Below are positions 8,101-17,541 of a stretch of DNA of 39,966 bases, one piece after another. The number at the start of each line of letters is the position of its first letter. Within the stretch, counting starts at the first letter, position 1. A program made the position numbers and the translations under genes. The DNA is from a virus. Its lineage: Duplodnaviria; Heunggongvirae; Uroviricota; Caudoviricetes. The notes beneath the pieces are model-generated. The model made no database searches. It had not been told where the DNA came from and saw nothing but the letters and a program-made list of their open reading frames with translations. The DNA lies in IMG/VR virus record IMGVR_UViG_2534682349_000001; one strand, written 5' to 3'.

Positions 8101-11100
8101 TAGCGAAAGCGAATGGACTGAAGCTTCGAGCAGATACTAATAACATTGAACTCTTACGGAGTCAATGGAATGATCTTAAGTCAGCAATTCACGATGTTAA
8201 TATGGAGCAGCTTAAGGCTGGTACAAAGGATATTGACAAGGAAAATAAAGCTGGCAAAGAATTAGATTGGGAAAAACAAAGAGGAAAGATTCTCAAGTCT
8301 AATAATGAATATCTTAAAGAGCAAAGACGTCTCGAGAAACAACGTAAAGATGATAAATATAATTCTCTTCCATCAAAAGCGTCGGATATTGATAGAAAAT
8401 ATGACAAAAAAGAATCTGAAGCTAGAATTAAGGCGTTAAATAAGGCAAGAAATTCTGAACAATATCAAGAATGGGCACAGAATTATGAGGATTATGGAGA
8501 TGCCATTCGAGGACAATATAAGAAATTATCTTCTGCTATAAATGCTGGTGTTTTTGACAAATCTGATTATCGAAGAATGACCAGAGGACAATTAAATAAG
8601 GTGCAATCTGCGCAGTCAGTTAATCTTCAGGCCGCTGCCCGAGCAAATAAGATCTGGAACGATGTTAATAAGATTATGAATAAGAACAACGGTCTTGGTA
8701 AGAATCAATTAACATTGACTAAAGATCAACAAAAGTATTTAGCAAAGAATGTTAAAGGGCTTGAGGGAATTTCTTCAAAAACAAGAGAATGGAACGCAAA
8801 TCAAGTCCAAGCATTTAATAACGCTCAAAAGTCATTTAAAGATAACCTAAAAAAACAACAAGGGACAATGCAAGATATTTTGGAGGCCAATGGTTATTCT
8901 TCGACAGCAGCAAAGAAGCGAGTTAAAGCGTATGACGGATCTGGAACATCATTTGTCGATATAATGGGTAACCAAATTAATGGTAGAGAACTGTTAAATG
9001 TTGATCCTGATTTTTATGCTACTTATGGGAAATCATGGAATGCCGTCATGGAGCAAAATACGAAATACTTGCAAGAGCATCCAACGGCAGCTGCACAAGC
9101 ATTAATAAATGATCAAGGTGTTCTAGATACAACTCAACAGGCCCGAATTGAAGGGTCTATGATGATGAAATCCAAGCAATTCCAGGGATATAATTGGATG
9201 AATTCAAAAGGAGAGTTGAATCTACCTAACTTTATTTCTGATTTAAAAGGCGTTAAAGGTTCTAGTGACCCTTATTCCTTAGTAAATGCTTTGGGTGATG
9301 GTAGCATTAAAAGTGATGCACAATTTGGAAAAGGATTAAGTTATGCTCAATTAATGCTTAGGCTAAATAAAGGCAATACTAAGAACAAAGATGTTAAAGA
9401 TGCTATTCAAAACCTGAGGAAGAATCATGGGGAAAAAGAGACGGATGATATTCTTGATCAATTATATAATGATGGTTTCTTTGGTAAAACAGGCTCAAAG
9501 AAAGCAAAACAGCAAAGAGACAATGCACAAAAATATAATGATAAAGAATTAGATTCACGTGGAAGAGAGAAAAATAAGCCTAAAAGACAATCAAGTCAAA
9601 AAGAAAACAAAGAAGACGACAAACCATGGTACCAGCAAAAAGCACCTGGAAAGAATTCACTTACTAAGGCATCAAAATTCTTTAAGAATTTAGGGAATAT
9701 GAAAACTGGAGCAGGTCAGAAGCAACTTCAAGACTTTATGAAGAATGTTAAGAATGGCGCAAAAGATTTTGATTGGAAAAGCTTCTTAACGGGAGGAATG
9801 AAGTTAGGAGTTGCAGGTACCGATGGAAGTATAAAAGGTGCCAAATTACCTAACATTTTTAAGAAATTTAACCCATCTAAGATGTTCGATGGACTAAAAG
9901 GTAAAATGCCTGATTTTTCTAAAATGTTCAAGGGTGTTAAGATGCCCGATATAGGTAAGGCCTTTAAGAATATTAAAATGCCCGACATTAGTAAATCATT
10001 TAAGGGTCTTGATCTCAAAAATCCGTTTAAAGATTGGAAACTTCCTAAGGGATTAGAGAATCCCCTCAAAGGCTTTAATTTGCCTAAAAATATGTCAAAT
10101 CCGTTCAAAAATTGGAAAATACCAAAAGGGCTTAATAATCCATTTAAGAATTTTAAGCTACCTAAGGGAATGACTAATCCATTTAAAAACTGGAAGATGC
10201 CTAAAGGTCTGGGAGACCTTTTTAAGGGAAGTAAGAATGATCCATTTAAAGGCATGAAGGCATCCTTAGATAAACTTTTTGGTAAGGGTGGTAAAAACAA
10301 CAAAGTAAAAGTTGATGCTGATACCAAATCTGCCGAAAAGAAAGTTAAAGATCTTGGCAAAGGCAAAAGTAAAGCTAAGGTTAAGGTTGATGCTGATACA
10401 AAAGACGTTGAGAAGAAATTAAAAACATTAAGTAAGAGTAAAAATAATAAGGCGAAAATTAAAGTTAGCGCCGACACAAAAGACATAGATAAAAAACTTA
10501 AATCCTTTAGTAAGGGAAAGGATAATAAAGTTAAGGTTAAGGCAGACGCCGATACCAAGAGTGCTGAAAGCAAATTAAAGCATCTTGGAAAAAATGCCAA
10601 AGCTAAGGTAAAAGTTGATGCTGATACCAAATCTGCTGAAGGCAAACTTAAAAGTATAGGTAAAAATACAAAGGCAAAAGTAAAAATCGATGCTGATACT
10701 GGTAGCTTGAAGAGTAAGATTACCAGTGCTGTTCATGGCGTAAATGCCAAAGTAAAAGTATCTGCTGATACTAGTGGATTAGTATCAAAGATTAAGGGTG
10801 CTGTTAGTGGAATTCACGCAAAGATTAATATCACCGCCTCTGGAAATGCCCAGCAAGTAATTAATCAAGTTAAGAGTTCTTTATCTGCTCTTCATGATAA
10901 GGCTATTACTATAACAGCTAACGATAATGCTACTGGTCCAATTAATAGAGTTAAGTCTGCTCGAAACTCTTTGAAGGATAAAACTATTCATATTAAAGCC
11001 GATGTTGGTGCAGCAATGGCCGGCATTAGCCAAGTTAGAGGTGCTTTAGCAAGTATTTCTGATAAAACAGTCCATATTAATGTTGTAAAGAATGAAACTA

Positions 11101-14100
11101 CGGTAAGTAGTAAGAGTAGCAAGTCTAAATCAATGGCTATTACCCCAGAAAATTCACAGCCAGTCAGTCCTATGACTTCTATGTCTGTCGTTGCAGGAAA
11201 TCCTGCTATGAATGTAGCCGTAAATAATGGTGCTGCTAATATAGGTGTTGATACAAATTCTGCAACTAATGGTGATAAAGTAAGCGGAATTGCTACAACG
11301 GATCGTTCTGATTCAACTCAAAAGGTTAGCGAAGATTATTGGCGTTATATGGGGAATGAGCTTTACACAGGATTGTCGCTTGATGAAAAAGTTCAAAACC
11401 TTGAAAATGCAGTAACTAAAGCTGATGAAGACATGGACAAGCTTATTAATCTTTCAAAGCAGAGGATTGACTTAGACAATAAGCGAATTGCTTATCAAAG
11501 AACTATGCAGAGCGCCTACCAGCAACAAATTACCGATGTTCTTAATGAGTTGCATAAATATGGTTTCCAAACAAATGGTAATCAGATTACTAATCTAAAC
11601 CATGCAAAAGACATTACTGGCGATAATGCAAGTAAAGTCGATGAATTACTTGGGAAATATCAAACTGCTTATCAAAACTTTTCTGAGGCTACAAAGAAGA
11701 TTGATGAGTTGCAAACAGATATTTGGCAACAAGGTAAGAATCAACAAGATTACAACAACACTAAAGATCAAAAGATGGTTGAAAAGTTACAACGTGAATT
11801 AGAGCTTGTGACTACTGCTATTGATAATCAGAAAAATATTCTTGAACGTGAAGGTAATTCACTAGAAGATAGTGATTATCGTATGAAGTTAAAGAATAAT
11901 TCTGATCAGATTTATGCTAAGTCCGAGGCAGTTCAACAGTTGTTAGCTGAATTTAATCAATTAAGTATTGCTAATTTTGTTGGTACAAAAGATGCCGATA
12001 ATGCAAAAAATTTAGCTGATTCTTTAAGCCAAATTCGTGATGCTATCATGGAAAACCTTGATTCTATTGATGAGTTAAAGAAGAGTATTCGGGATATTCA
12101 ACTTAATTCTATTATTGAAAGCCTGTCTAAATACACCGATAACCTTAGCAATAGTATTGACCGGCTAAAGAACAATGTAACAAATCTTCAAGATGGTTTA
12201 TTGAGCGGGACATCTTACAACGACCTTATGAGTAGTAATTTTGATGTTGTTAACCTTAATCAAAAATCTGCTTATGAAAAGAGTGTGGCCGACAAGATTT
12301 CATTAGAACGTCAATTAGACAGTGCTTTGGATCAATTCGCTAGAAAGAACGTTGATCGAACGGCGCAAGTAGCCAATGATCAACTACAAATTGAGGCACA
12401 AAAGTATAACGATATGCTTTCGATGGCAATTAACTATGCTAGAGGTGCACGTAATGAAGTCGGGGCTATTGATGTTAAATACAATGTATCTGTTGAATCT
12501 GACAAGATTGAAGTTCCTAATCTTACCCATAATCAAGAATATGTACAGTCCTCAATTGCTTATCAGAAAGAAATGAATGAATTAAAAGCTGAGTACAACC
12601 GTTTAATGGGCGAAGCTAATACTGCTGAACAAAAAGAAGCAATTAATTCTGAAATGATCTATAAGCAATTAGAACTCCAGGAAAAAGTTTACAAGTCCAT
12701 GATTGAAGCCGATCAAAAGGCGATCAATGATTTACGTGAACAAGCTAAGAATCCAGATATGACTACTGAACAGCTTAAAACGATAACCGACCAAATTACA
12801 GAGTATGAAAAGAATGTTATTGATGCCCAAAATAGCATTAAGGACGCTGTTAAGAATCGTTTTGAGTATGAAAAGTCTCTTATTGATAAGAAAATTGATG
12901 AGTATAAACGTGCTAGTGACACAATAAGTACTTTAGTAAGTATTGCTGACACACTCCATTTAGAGGGTTCAACCCAAGCCGCCATCATAAATCAGCAATA
13001 TGCTTCTACTTATCGTGAGTACAACAATTACCTTGATTTACTCCAAAGACTTCGAAACGAGTTATCTGGATACGAAAAGAATTCCTACGAATACAATCAA
13101 TTGAAGGCAATGATTGATGAATATCAAACTTCGCTTGATAGCACAATGTCTTCGCTTATGGATATAAGTAAAAATGAGTTTGGCCAGACTCTTGATTCCA
13201 TTCAAAAGGAATTTGAAAAGAGTGTTAACAAGGGAATGACCGCTGATCAGGCTAAGTTCGACCAAGATGTATGGTATAACCCCATGCAAAAAGAACTTCG
13301 CCTTGAGGAAATGCGGTTAAAGATTGTTGAGTTGGAAGATAAGACGGTTGAAAAACGTATAGCTGCTCTCGACGCCCAGGAGAGAATGTCTAAAGCGGAA
13401 GCCGATTACGTTGATAAGCAACTTGATTTGGCACTTGCTCAACAAAAACTTGACAACACTATAAATAAAAAAGACGTCCGTTACCTTGAAAAAGATAAGG
13501 ACGGTAAATTCAACTGGACTTATATTGCTGATCAAGCAAATGTTGAAGAGGCACAAAGAGCTGTTAACTCCGCAAAACAAGCCCTTGAAGAGTCTAAGAT
13601 TTCCAATCGAAATGATTACATTCAAAAAGTCAGTGAGACTATTAATAGTATCAAGGATGGTTCGATTAATCAGGAAGAGGCTCGGAAACGTCTCGAACAG
13701 TTAAATGATTCATATAAGTTTATTCTTAAAGATATTCCTACTTTTGATATTGCAAAAGTTGAAGATATCATCAAGGCCTACAATGACTATGAAAAGAAGA
13801 ATAGCGACATATTAAATGACTACAAACGAAGCGTTAAGCCAGAAGTAACACAAGGCTACGAAACAATTGTTAAAGGATTCGGAGATCAGTTTAAAGCTGT
13901 ATCAAAAGATCTGGGCGAGATTTTCGGAAAGCAGTTAAGAGAAGCTCTTAATCTACCAAATGGTATTCGGAATGCATATGGTGATGGAAATGATAAATCG
14001 CTAGTTATAAATGGAGATCTTAATCTTGAATTACCTAATGTTAAGGATGCCAATGATTTTGCAGAAGCTCTTAAGACATTGCCTCAAGTAGCAAAACAAT

Positions 14101-14120
14101 ACGCAACAAAGAAAATGTAG
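5139..14120 (+). CDS. Tail tape measure protein, 2993 aa
   Basis: TP901-family TMP core (EVDKAITKVTKV...AVEQWATAGY...IINAMNQVSNKHAI...IGTAYKTIGSRL), long coiled coils, hydrophobic GA-rich segments, and position before the baseplate genes. Confidence 0.95.
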   Translation: MASKELSIKVKVNLPTAGEIENQIQHSLRGLKDIKVDANVKLKVGKLGNLKRQLRNALGKENFRVNANVKVHGMSELNRVSSKLKEIRRLANEPIKLNVDMGGHNFDKSIEEARRKANKELENTNPRSHYSRAAVDVQKEMRAQQRAIEKAQQEYLKLQNQATKASDERIRQNIQHYASQVAKQQEQAEMRYRMVANKAGLSDSEISKNVLGFREQPKARMTLKNTEIEQQLKRDAEAFRRYKSALNDVTKAQMTLAKGGLGDNVFAEVQRQAGAAEKKVRSLESAIRKTKYASQASDLRDASDARIRMARAQAADRENVKVRRSRKSSAGMMNTLNTWDVLQNGIYGAAAVVNGLNEVDKAITKVTKVVPDSQAAVNRWKKNIYKDASEVGKTAPEFAAAVEQWATAGYNLKQSNRLAKASVMGSFVGEVPVEDMVKYMSVPMKAFQKEGIKSKDIINAMNQVSNKHAIEMNDLGAAYQKASSTVGATGTKFSQLTGIITAAQEGTRAGGDMIGTAYKTIGSRLAKMGTGLTKQDQTRAAFFKKLGVDLTDSNGKLKSTWQIMDQLGKQWDKLDSKDKNTAAQYAAGANHANIFQATMDNWKIARKAMKEAQAQVDLKDKDHGSAYQEFEKQKQSIEFQLASLKNTWMSFLNNISGGREGISQILQSLNGIGSVADKLASNKLFSQAIRWGAITAGIVMARNAITGMVKSFANIGNAGKGIEGLKFKFTNVGSSVSELRAKIHELRAELDGLNTKSLKVKNPLDKKAKGRTRGQYTSKSGDKINYSIPGNNVLQTRQGAKKNYKLSRNSSKVSSAKQLAKDNETLAQSYSNLTPAISRTEQKMKAHNESLGKGAKATAKLGKVMGVAGSVMGVIGSGLGVVGLGIDAITIASGALEMMGVHPWKLIQNAIKPAQANAEAFDKSMQKIHGTISETNGNLQKNILFNGTAEKSTKGLTGLKKALDGVTDGSNQLSKQDWSKFRKEFNSIAKANGLKLRADTNNIELLRSQWNDLKSAIHDVNMEQLKAGTKDIDKENKAGKELDWEKQRGKILKSNNEYLKEQRRLEKQRKDDKYNSLPSKASDIDRKYDKKESEARIKALNKARNSEQYQEWAQNYEDYGDAIRGQYKKLSSAINAGVFDKSDYRRMTRGQLNKVQSAQSVNLQAAARANKIWNDVNKIMNKNNGLGKNQLTLTKDQQKYLAKNVKGLEGISSKTREWNANQVQAFNNAQKSFKDNLKKQQGTMQDILEANGYSSTAAKKRVKAYDGSGTSFVDIMGNQINGRELLNVDPDFYATYGKSWNAVMEQNTKYLQEHPTAAAQALINDQGVLDTTQQARIEGSMMMKSKQFQGYNWMNSKGELNLPNFISDLKGVKGSSDPYSLVNALGDGSIKSDAQFGKGLSYAQLMLRLNKGNTKNKDVKDAIQNLRKNHGEKETDDILDQLYNDGFFGKTGSKKAKQQRDNAQKYNDKELDSRGREKNKPKRQSSQKENKEDDKPWYQQKAPGKNSLTKASKFFKNLGNMKTGAGQKQLQDFMKNVKNGAKDFDWKSFLTGGMKLGVAGTDGSIKGAKLPNIFKKFNPSKMFDGLKGKMPDFSKMFKGVKMPDIGKAFKNIKMPDISKSFKGLDLKNPFKDWKLPKGLENPLKGFNLPKNMSNPFKNWKIPKGLNNPFKNFKLPKGMTNPFKNWKMPKGLGDLFKGSKNDPFKGMKASLDKLFGKGGKNNKVKVDADTKSAEKKVKDLGKGKSKAKVKVDADTKDVEKKLKTLSKSKNNKAKIKVSADTKDIDKKLKSFSKGKDNKVKVKADADTKSAESKLKHLGKNAKAKVKVDADTKSAEGKLKSIGKNTKAKVKIDADTGSLKSKITSAVHGVNAKVKVSADTSGLVSKIKGAVSGIHAKINITASGNAQQVINQVKSSLSALHDKAITITANDNATGPINRVKSARNSLKDKTIHIKADVGAAMAGISQVRGALASISDKTVHINVVKNETTVSSKSSKSKSMAITPENSQPVSPMTSMSVVAGNPAMNVAVNNGAANIGVDTNSATNGDKVSGIATTDRSDSTQKVSEDYWRYMGNELYTGLSLDEKVQNLENAVTKADEDMDKLINLSKQRIDLDNKRIAYQRTMQSAYQQQITDVLNELHKYGFQTNGNQITNLNHAKDITGDNASKVDELLGKYQTAYQNFSEATKKIDELQTDIWQQGKNQQDYNNTKDQKMVEKLQRELELVTTAIDNQKNILEREGNSLEDSDYRMKLKNNSDQIYAKSEAVQQLLAEFNQLSIANFVGTKDADNAKNLADSLSQIRDAIMENLDSIDELKKSIRDIQLNSIIESLSKYTDNLSNSIDRLKNNVTNLQDGLLSGTSYNDLMSSNFDVVNLNQKSAYEKSVADKISLERQLDSALDQFARKNVDRTAQVANDQLQIEAQKYNDMLSMAINYARGARNEVGAIDVKYNVSVESDKIEVPNLTHNQEYVQSSIAYQKEMNELKAEYNRLMGEANTAEQKEAINSEMIYKQLELQEKVYKSMIEADQKAINDLREQAKNPDMTTEQLKTITDQITEYEKNVIDAQNSIKDAVKNRFEYEKSLIDKKIDEYKRASDTISTLVSIADTLHLEGSTQAAIINQQYASTYREYNNYLDLLQRLRNELSGYEKNSYEYNQLKAMIDEYQTSLDSTMSSLMDISKNEFGQTLDSIQKEFEKSVNKGMTADQAKFDQDVWYNPMQKELRLEEMRLKIVELEDKTVEKRIAALDAQERMSKAEADYVDKQLDLALAQQKLDNTINKKDVRYLEKDKDGKFNWTYIADQANVEEAQRAVNSAKQALEESKISNRNDYIQKVSETINSIKDGSINQEEARKRLEQLNDSYKFILKDIPTFDIAKVEDIIKAYNDYEKKNSDILNDYKRSVKPEVTQGYETIVKGFGDQFKAVSKDLGEIFGKQLREALNLPNGIRNAYGDGNDKSLVINGDLNLELPNVKDANDFAEALKTLPQVAKQYATKKM
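9903..10227 (+). repeat. Coding tandem repeats in TMP: 3 x 12-aa KMPDxxKxFKxx, then about 5 x 13-aa KLPKGxxNPFKNW
   Basis: Read directly from the translation (KMPDFSKMFKGV/KMPDIGKAFKNI/KMPDISKSFKGL; KLPKGLENPLKGF/NLPKNMSNPFKNW/KIPKGLNNPFKNF/KLPKGMTNPFKNW). Confidence 0.9.
10302..11090 (+). repeat. Coding tandem repeats in TMP: about 11 x 24-28-aa KVKVDADT-helix units
   Basis: KVKVDADTKSAEKKVKDLGKGKSKA and successive copies, degenerating into KINITA/KAITITA/KTIHIKA units. Confidence 0.85.
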
Positions 14121-14122
14121 TC

Positions 14123-14155
14123 AATTTGACCAAGGTTTAACCTTGGTTGTACATA
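14123..14155 (+). repeat. 33-bp direct repeat with internal palindrome, copy 1
   Basis: AATTTGACCAAGG-TTT-AACCTTGGTTGTACATA. Confidence 0.9.
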
Positions 14156-14238
14156 ATTTTTAATCTTTTATTTCTTTTCCATATTAGATATGGGAATATG
14201 TTAAAGGTATATTATTTGTTTCTATGGAGGAATTAAAG

Positions 14239-14754
14239 GTGAAAAAAATAAAAGAGTTTATGATTGACCATAAAATTATGACTGTTCTTTGCTTTCTTAT
14301 ACTAATATGTGCGATTGTTGGTGGAAAAGATTTTATAGACCAGTATAGGGAGCAACAACAGTTTTATGCAGAACATCCTTTAGTAAACAAGGTTTATAAA
14401 TATCATTTTAGAGAAAAGCCGTATAGTGGACCTTGGGCAGAAGGTACGTTCTATTATGTTTTCGGTGACCAAGAACATCGGAATGAAGTGGTTACTGTTT
14501 ATCACGGTGGAATAAAACGTGTAAAAGAAATATTGAATAATAAAGATAAATACAATAAGGAATTCTCTGATAAGGCTGAGAAATATATTATCAAAGATGG
14601 GAATAAATTAATCATTGGAACTGGTGATCTTGATGATGGTTACTCGCATCAGGTAAAAAAAGGGGAGAATTGGGTTGGAAGTTATGATTCCAACGATAAA
14701 AACGAAGAAATACCAGGTGAGATTCATAAAACAACACCAGTTAACATAAAATAA
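14239..14754 (+). CDS. Membrane-anchored accessory (moron-like) protein, function unknown
   Basis: RBS GGAGG (14226-30) favours GTG 14239. N-terminal TM segment IMTVLCFLILICAIVGG, then a soluble domain. Lies between two 33-bp direct repeats. Confidence 0.75.
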   Translation: MKKIKEFMIDHKIMTVLCFLILICAIVGGKDFIDQYREQQQFYAEHPLVNKVYKYHFREKPYSGPWAEGTFYYVFGDQEHRNEVVTVYHGGIKRVKEILNNKDKYNKEFSDKAEKYIIKDGNKLIIGTGDLDDGYSHQVKKGENWVGSYDSNDKNEEIPGEIHKTTPVNIK

Positions 14755-14774
14755 TCAATAACATAAACATATTT

Positions 14775-14807
14775 AATTTGACCAAGGGACAACCTTGGTT
14801 GTACATA
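14775..14807 (+). repeat. 33-bp direct repeat with internal palindrome, copy 2
   Basis: AATTTGACCAAGG-GAC-AACCTTGGTTGTACATA; 30/33 identical to copy 1, with differences only in the hairpin loop. Confidence 0.9.
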
Positions 14808-14838
14808 TCAAAAAATAAAAAGAAAGGAGCTGAATTGG

Positions 14839-16470
14839 TTGACGCAACCAATGCTAAATCAGGCGTCTAATTACGATGCGAAGAACTCATATACATTCAC
14901 ATTTACGTATTTGGGCGCAGAGCATACGACAACGAATACATTATCAATTCGTGAAGACGGTCCAGGAACAAAACCTGTCTACGAAAAGGATCAAGTTTCG
15001 CTAGATAAAAACCACATTTTACCAGCAAAAACTCTGAACAATGGTACGGCATATCTAGCAAAAGTTCGTGTTAAGCTCAAAGAAGGCTATTCTGAATGGT
15101 CTCCAGAGATTAAATTTACGTGTTATACAACACCACGAATTCTATTTGACACGATTGATCAACATCAATTTATCTATACGAATGATGTGTTAATGTCGGC
15201 TATTTATACACAAGCACAAAATGAGCCTGTTACGTCATATCAATATACTCTTTACGATCAAAGACATGTTGCTTTAGTTAAATATCCAATTCGGAAGCCA
15301 GAAAGAAATTCACCAACAAGATTTTCAGAACGTGTTTCAAATATAAAAAAAGGTAAATTATATTACATTGGATTGAAGGTAGTAACAGAGCACGGAATTA
15401 TTTATGAGCAACTTCAAGAGTTTACTGCTCAATATATTACGCCATCTGTATCGGGTATTATCCAGCCAACAATGAATAAAGATGACGGACAAATAGTCGT
15501 TGACCTTTTCCTAAAACAATTGTTAGGAACGTCAGCTCGTGCTTACATTCCTCATCGTAAAAATGATAATGCTGATAACTATACATATTGGAAAGATGAT
15601 TATGTCTTTGTCCCAAAAGAAAACCCTTTGATTTATACTAAGTTAGCGATGGCGAAAGCGAGTGATTGGATCGGAAAGTTCTGGGTAATGAATGTTCAGA
15701 ATGGATTATTCCTAGACTTCTCGCCAGCCGAAGATAGAGGACAGCATATAAAGTTCTATAAACATGATGATTATATTACCTGTGAAAAAGAATTTGGACA
15801 GATTAAATCCAGGACACGTTCTAATGTAATTAAGGATTTAAAACTGCGTCCTTTCTATATGTTTGTATATGTTAAGGAATATCGAGTTGAAATAAAGATA
15901 GTTCCTGATCAGACATTCAAAGATGATGATTGGAATGAAGAGTTATCCAAAGAAGAATTGTCTCAGTACGGTGAAATAACTAAAGAAACTCAACAAATGA
16001 TAGACGCAGCAGAAGCGAAAATTAACGCTGCAAGACAAAGGCTCCAACAAATCCACGATGAACATTGGCAACAATACATCACTAAGGTAGAGCAAGCAAT
16101 ATCTGACGCCAGAGCACGTATTTTAGGACAAAATGAACTACGCGATCGAGTGATGGAAATTGACGACCAGTATTGGGACTACTTTGAAAATACTGAAATG
16201 ATTAACTACTGGAAGGAATTAGCAAAGGCAGAACGTGAGTCTGAAGCTAAGTATGAAATCTATCGTACCGAATATGAGCAAAGAATTAATGATACCTTAT
16301 CGGAGATTAAAAGTGGTGCTATGACGCTTGATGATGGTCGATTGAAACTAACCCAATACAGCCTTGTATATAGTTTTATTTTACGTGAAGTAATTGATTT
16401 TAATGATACTAAACTGACATTAGATGGTCTTCAAGAGCTCTACAATGATTATTTACAAAAATATAAATAG
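14839..16470 (+). CDS. Baseplate/distal-tail protein with Fn3/Ig-like N-terminal domains and helical C-terminus
   Basis: RBS AAAGGAG and TTG start; Fn3-like signature (YLAKVRVKLKEGYSEWSPEIKF); follows the TMP. Confidence 0.6.
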   Translation: MTQPMLNQASNYDAKNSYTFTFTYLGAEHTTTNTLSIREDGPGTKPVYEKDQVSLDKNHILPAKTLNNGTAYLAKVRVKLKEGYSEWSPEIKFTCYTTPRILFDTIDQHQFIYTNDVLMSAIYTQAQNEPVTSYQYTLYDQRHVALVKYPIRKPERNSPTRFSERVSNIKKGKLYYIGLKVVTEHGIIYEQLQEFTAQYITPSVSGIIQPTMNKDDGQIVVDLFLKQLLGTSARAYIPHRKNDNADNYTYWKDDYVFVPKENPLIYTKLAMAKASDWIGKFWVMNVQNGLFLDFSPAEDRGQHIKFYKHDDYITCEKEFGQIKSRTRSNVIKDLKLRPFYMFVYVKEYRVEIKIVPDQTFKDDDWNEELSKEELSQYGEITKETQQMIDAAEAKINAARQRLQQIHDEHWQQYITKVEQAISDARARILGQNELRDRVMEIDDQYWDYFENTEMINYWKELAKAERESEAKYEIYRTEYEQRINDTLSEIKSGAMTLDDGRLKLTQYSLVYSFILREVIDFNDTKLTLDGLQELYNDYLQKYK

Positions 16471-16488
16471 TGAAGAGGTGAGGGTCTT

Positions 16489-17529
16489 TTGATTATAGGT
16501 GTCGATTATTTTAACTATGGATTTGACCAACAATTTTATGACACCCCTATTCCAACCTCTGAGATTGACGAGGTTATGATGGGGGCTGGAATGTATGATG
16601 AAATGTTTATTAGTGTGGATACAACTTTAGATGATTCACAAACCAAACCAGCTCAATGGAATCTGAAAACTATTATGGACGCTAAGTTTAATAATTCTCT
16701 TGAAGCTGGGAGTATTGACGGAGCTGGTCATATTGTCACCAAAATACAATGTTATCGTCGAGAATACATGAGCACGAATACGGATTGGCAATTAGTAGCG
16801 CAATTTGATTATGATGACCATTATAACCTTTATACGGTAGTTGATAGATTCATTGAAAATGGCAAAACATATGAATATGCAGTTGTTCCATTAGCCAATG
16901 AAATTCAAGGTGACTTACAAGTTGGCCCACCAATTGATAGCAAGTTTTATGGCTCCTTTATTTCTAATCTAGGTTCGAATTATTCAATGAACATCGACTT
17001 CAAGTTCTCGGATTTAGTTTGGAATTCTAACACGAGTACCAGTGTGCCGCTTAATGGTCAATATCCAATAGTGACGTTTGGAAATGCAAACTATCGAACT
17101 GGTACAGTTTCGTTCTTACCACTTACTCCGCAACAAGAATTTGGTTATGAAAACGAGATTGATCCACACGCCGAATACATTAATAGAACTAATGTTATTG
17201 ACTTCCTTAATGATGGACAAACAAAGGTAATTCGTCGTGAAGATGGAGATATTATTGTTTGTGCAACACATAATATTAAAACTACTCCGAAAGATGAAAG
17301 TCTTGAAGCTATTTCTACGGTAACATTTGATTTCACTGAAATAGGTAAATTAGATTACAACACCATGGAAAAAGCGGGATTAATTGCTGATGCAGGTAAA
17401 TCTGTCTACACATACGATGAAGATGGGAATATTAAGTGGAATCAGGAATATATTGCTGAAGATGGTTCTATTCAATCTAGAACTAGATATAGAAATTCAT
17501 TCTTATATGAACGAGATAATTTGAAGTAA
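16489..17529 (+). CDS. Putative distal tail (Dit-like) / baseplate protein
   Basis: RBS GAGGTGAGG; Fn3-like segment (VDRFIENGKTYEYAVVP) then a beta-rich Dit-like region (YPIVTFGNANYRTGTVSF...VTFDFTEIG); position. Confidence 0.5.
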   Translation: MIIGVDYFNYGFDQQFYDTPIPTSEIDEVMMGAGMYDEMFISVDTTLDDSQTKPAQWNLKTIMDAKFNNSLEAGSIDGAGHIVTKIQCYRREYMSTNTDWQLVAQFDYDDHYNLYTVVDRFIENGKTYEYAVVPLANEIQGDLQVGPPIDSKFYGSFISNLGSNYSMNIDFKFSDLVWNSNTSTSVPLNGQYPIVTFGNANYRTGTVSFLPLTPQQEFGYENEIDPHAEYINRTNVIDFLNDGQTKVIRREDGDIIVCATHNIKTTPKDESLEAISTVTFDFTEIGKLDYNTMEKAGLIADAGKSVYTYDEDGNIKWNQEYIAEDGSIQSRTRYRNSFLYERDNLK

Positions 17530-17541
17530 GAGGGATAAAAT

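Noticed and set aside
9728-10645. 305-aa minus-strand ORF
   Set aside because: It is the antisense shadow of the Lys-rich TMP repeats (Phe/Leu/Ser-rich mirror translation), with no RBS or independent signal. The same applies to the other short minus-strand and alternate-frame ORFs nested in long genes.
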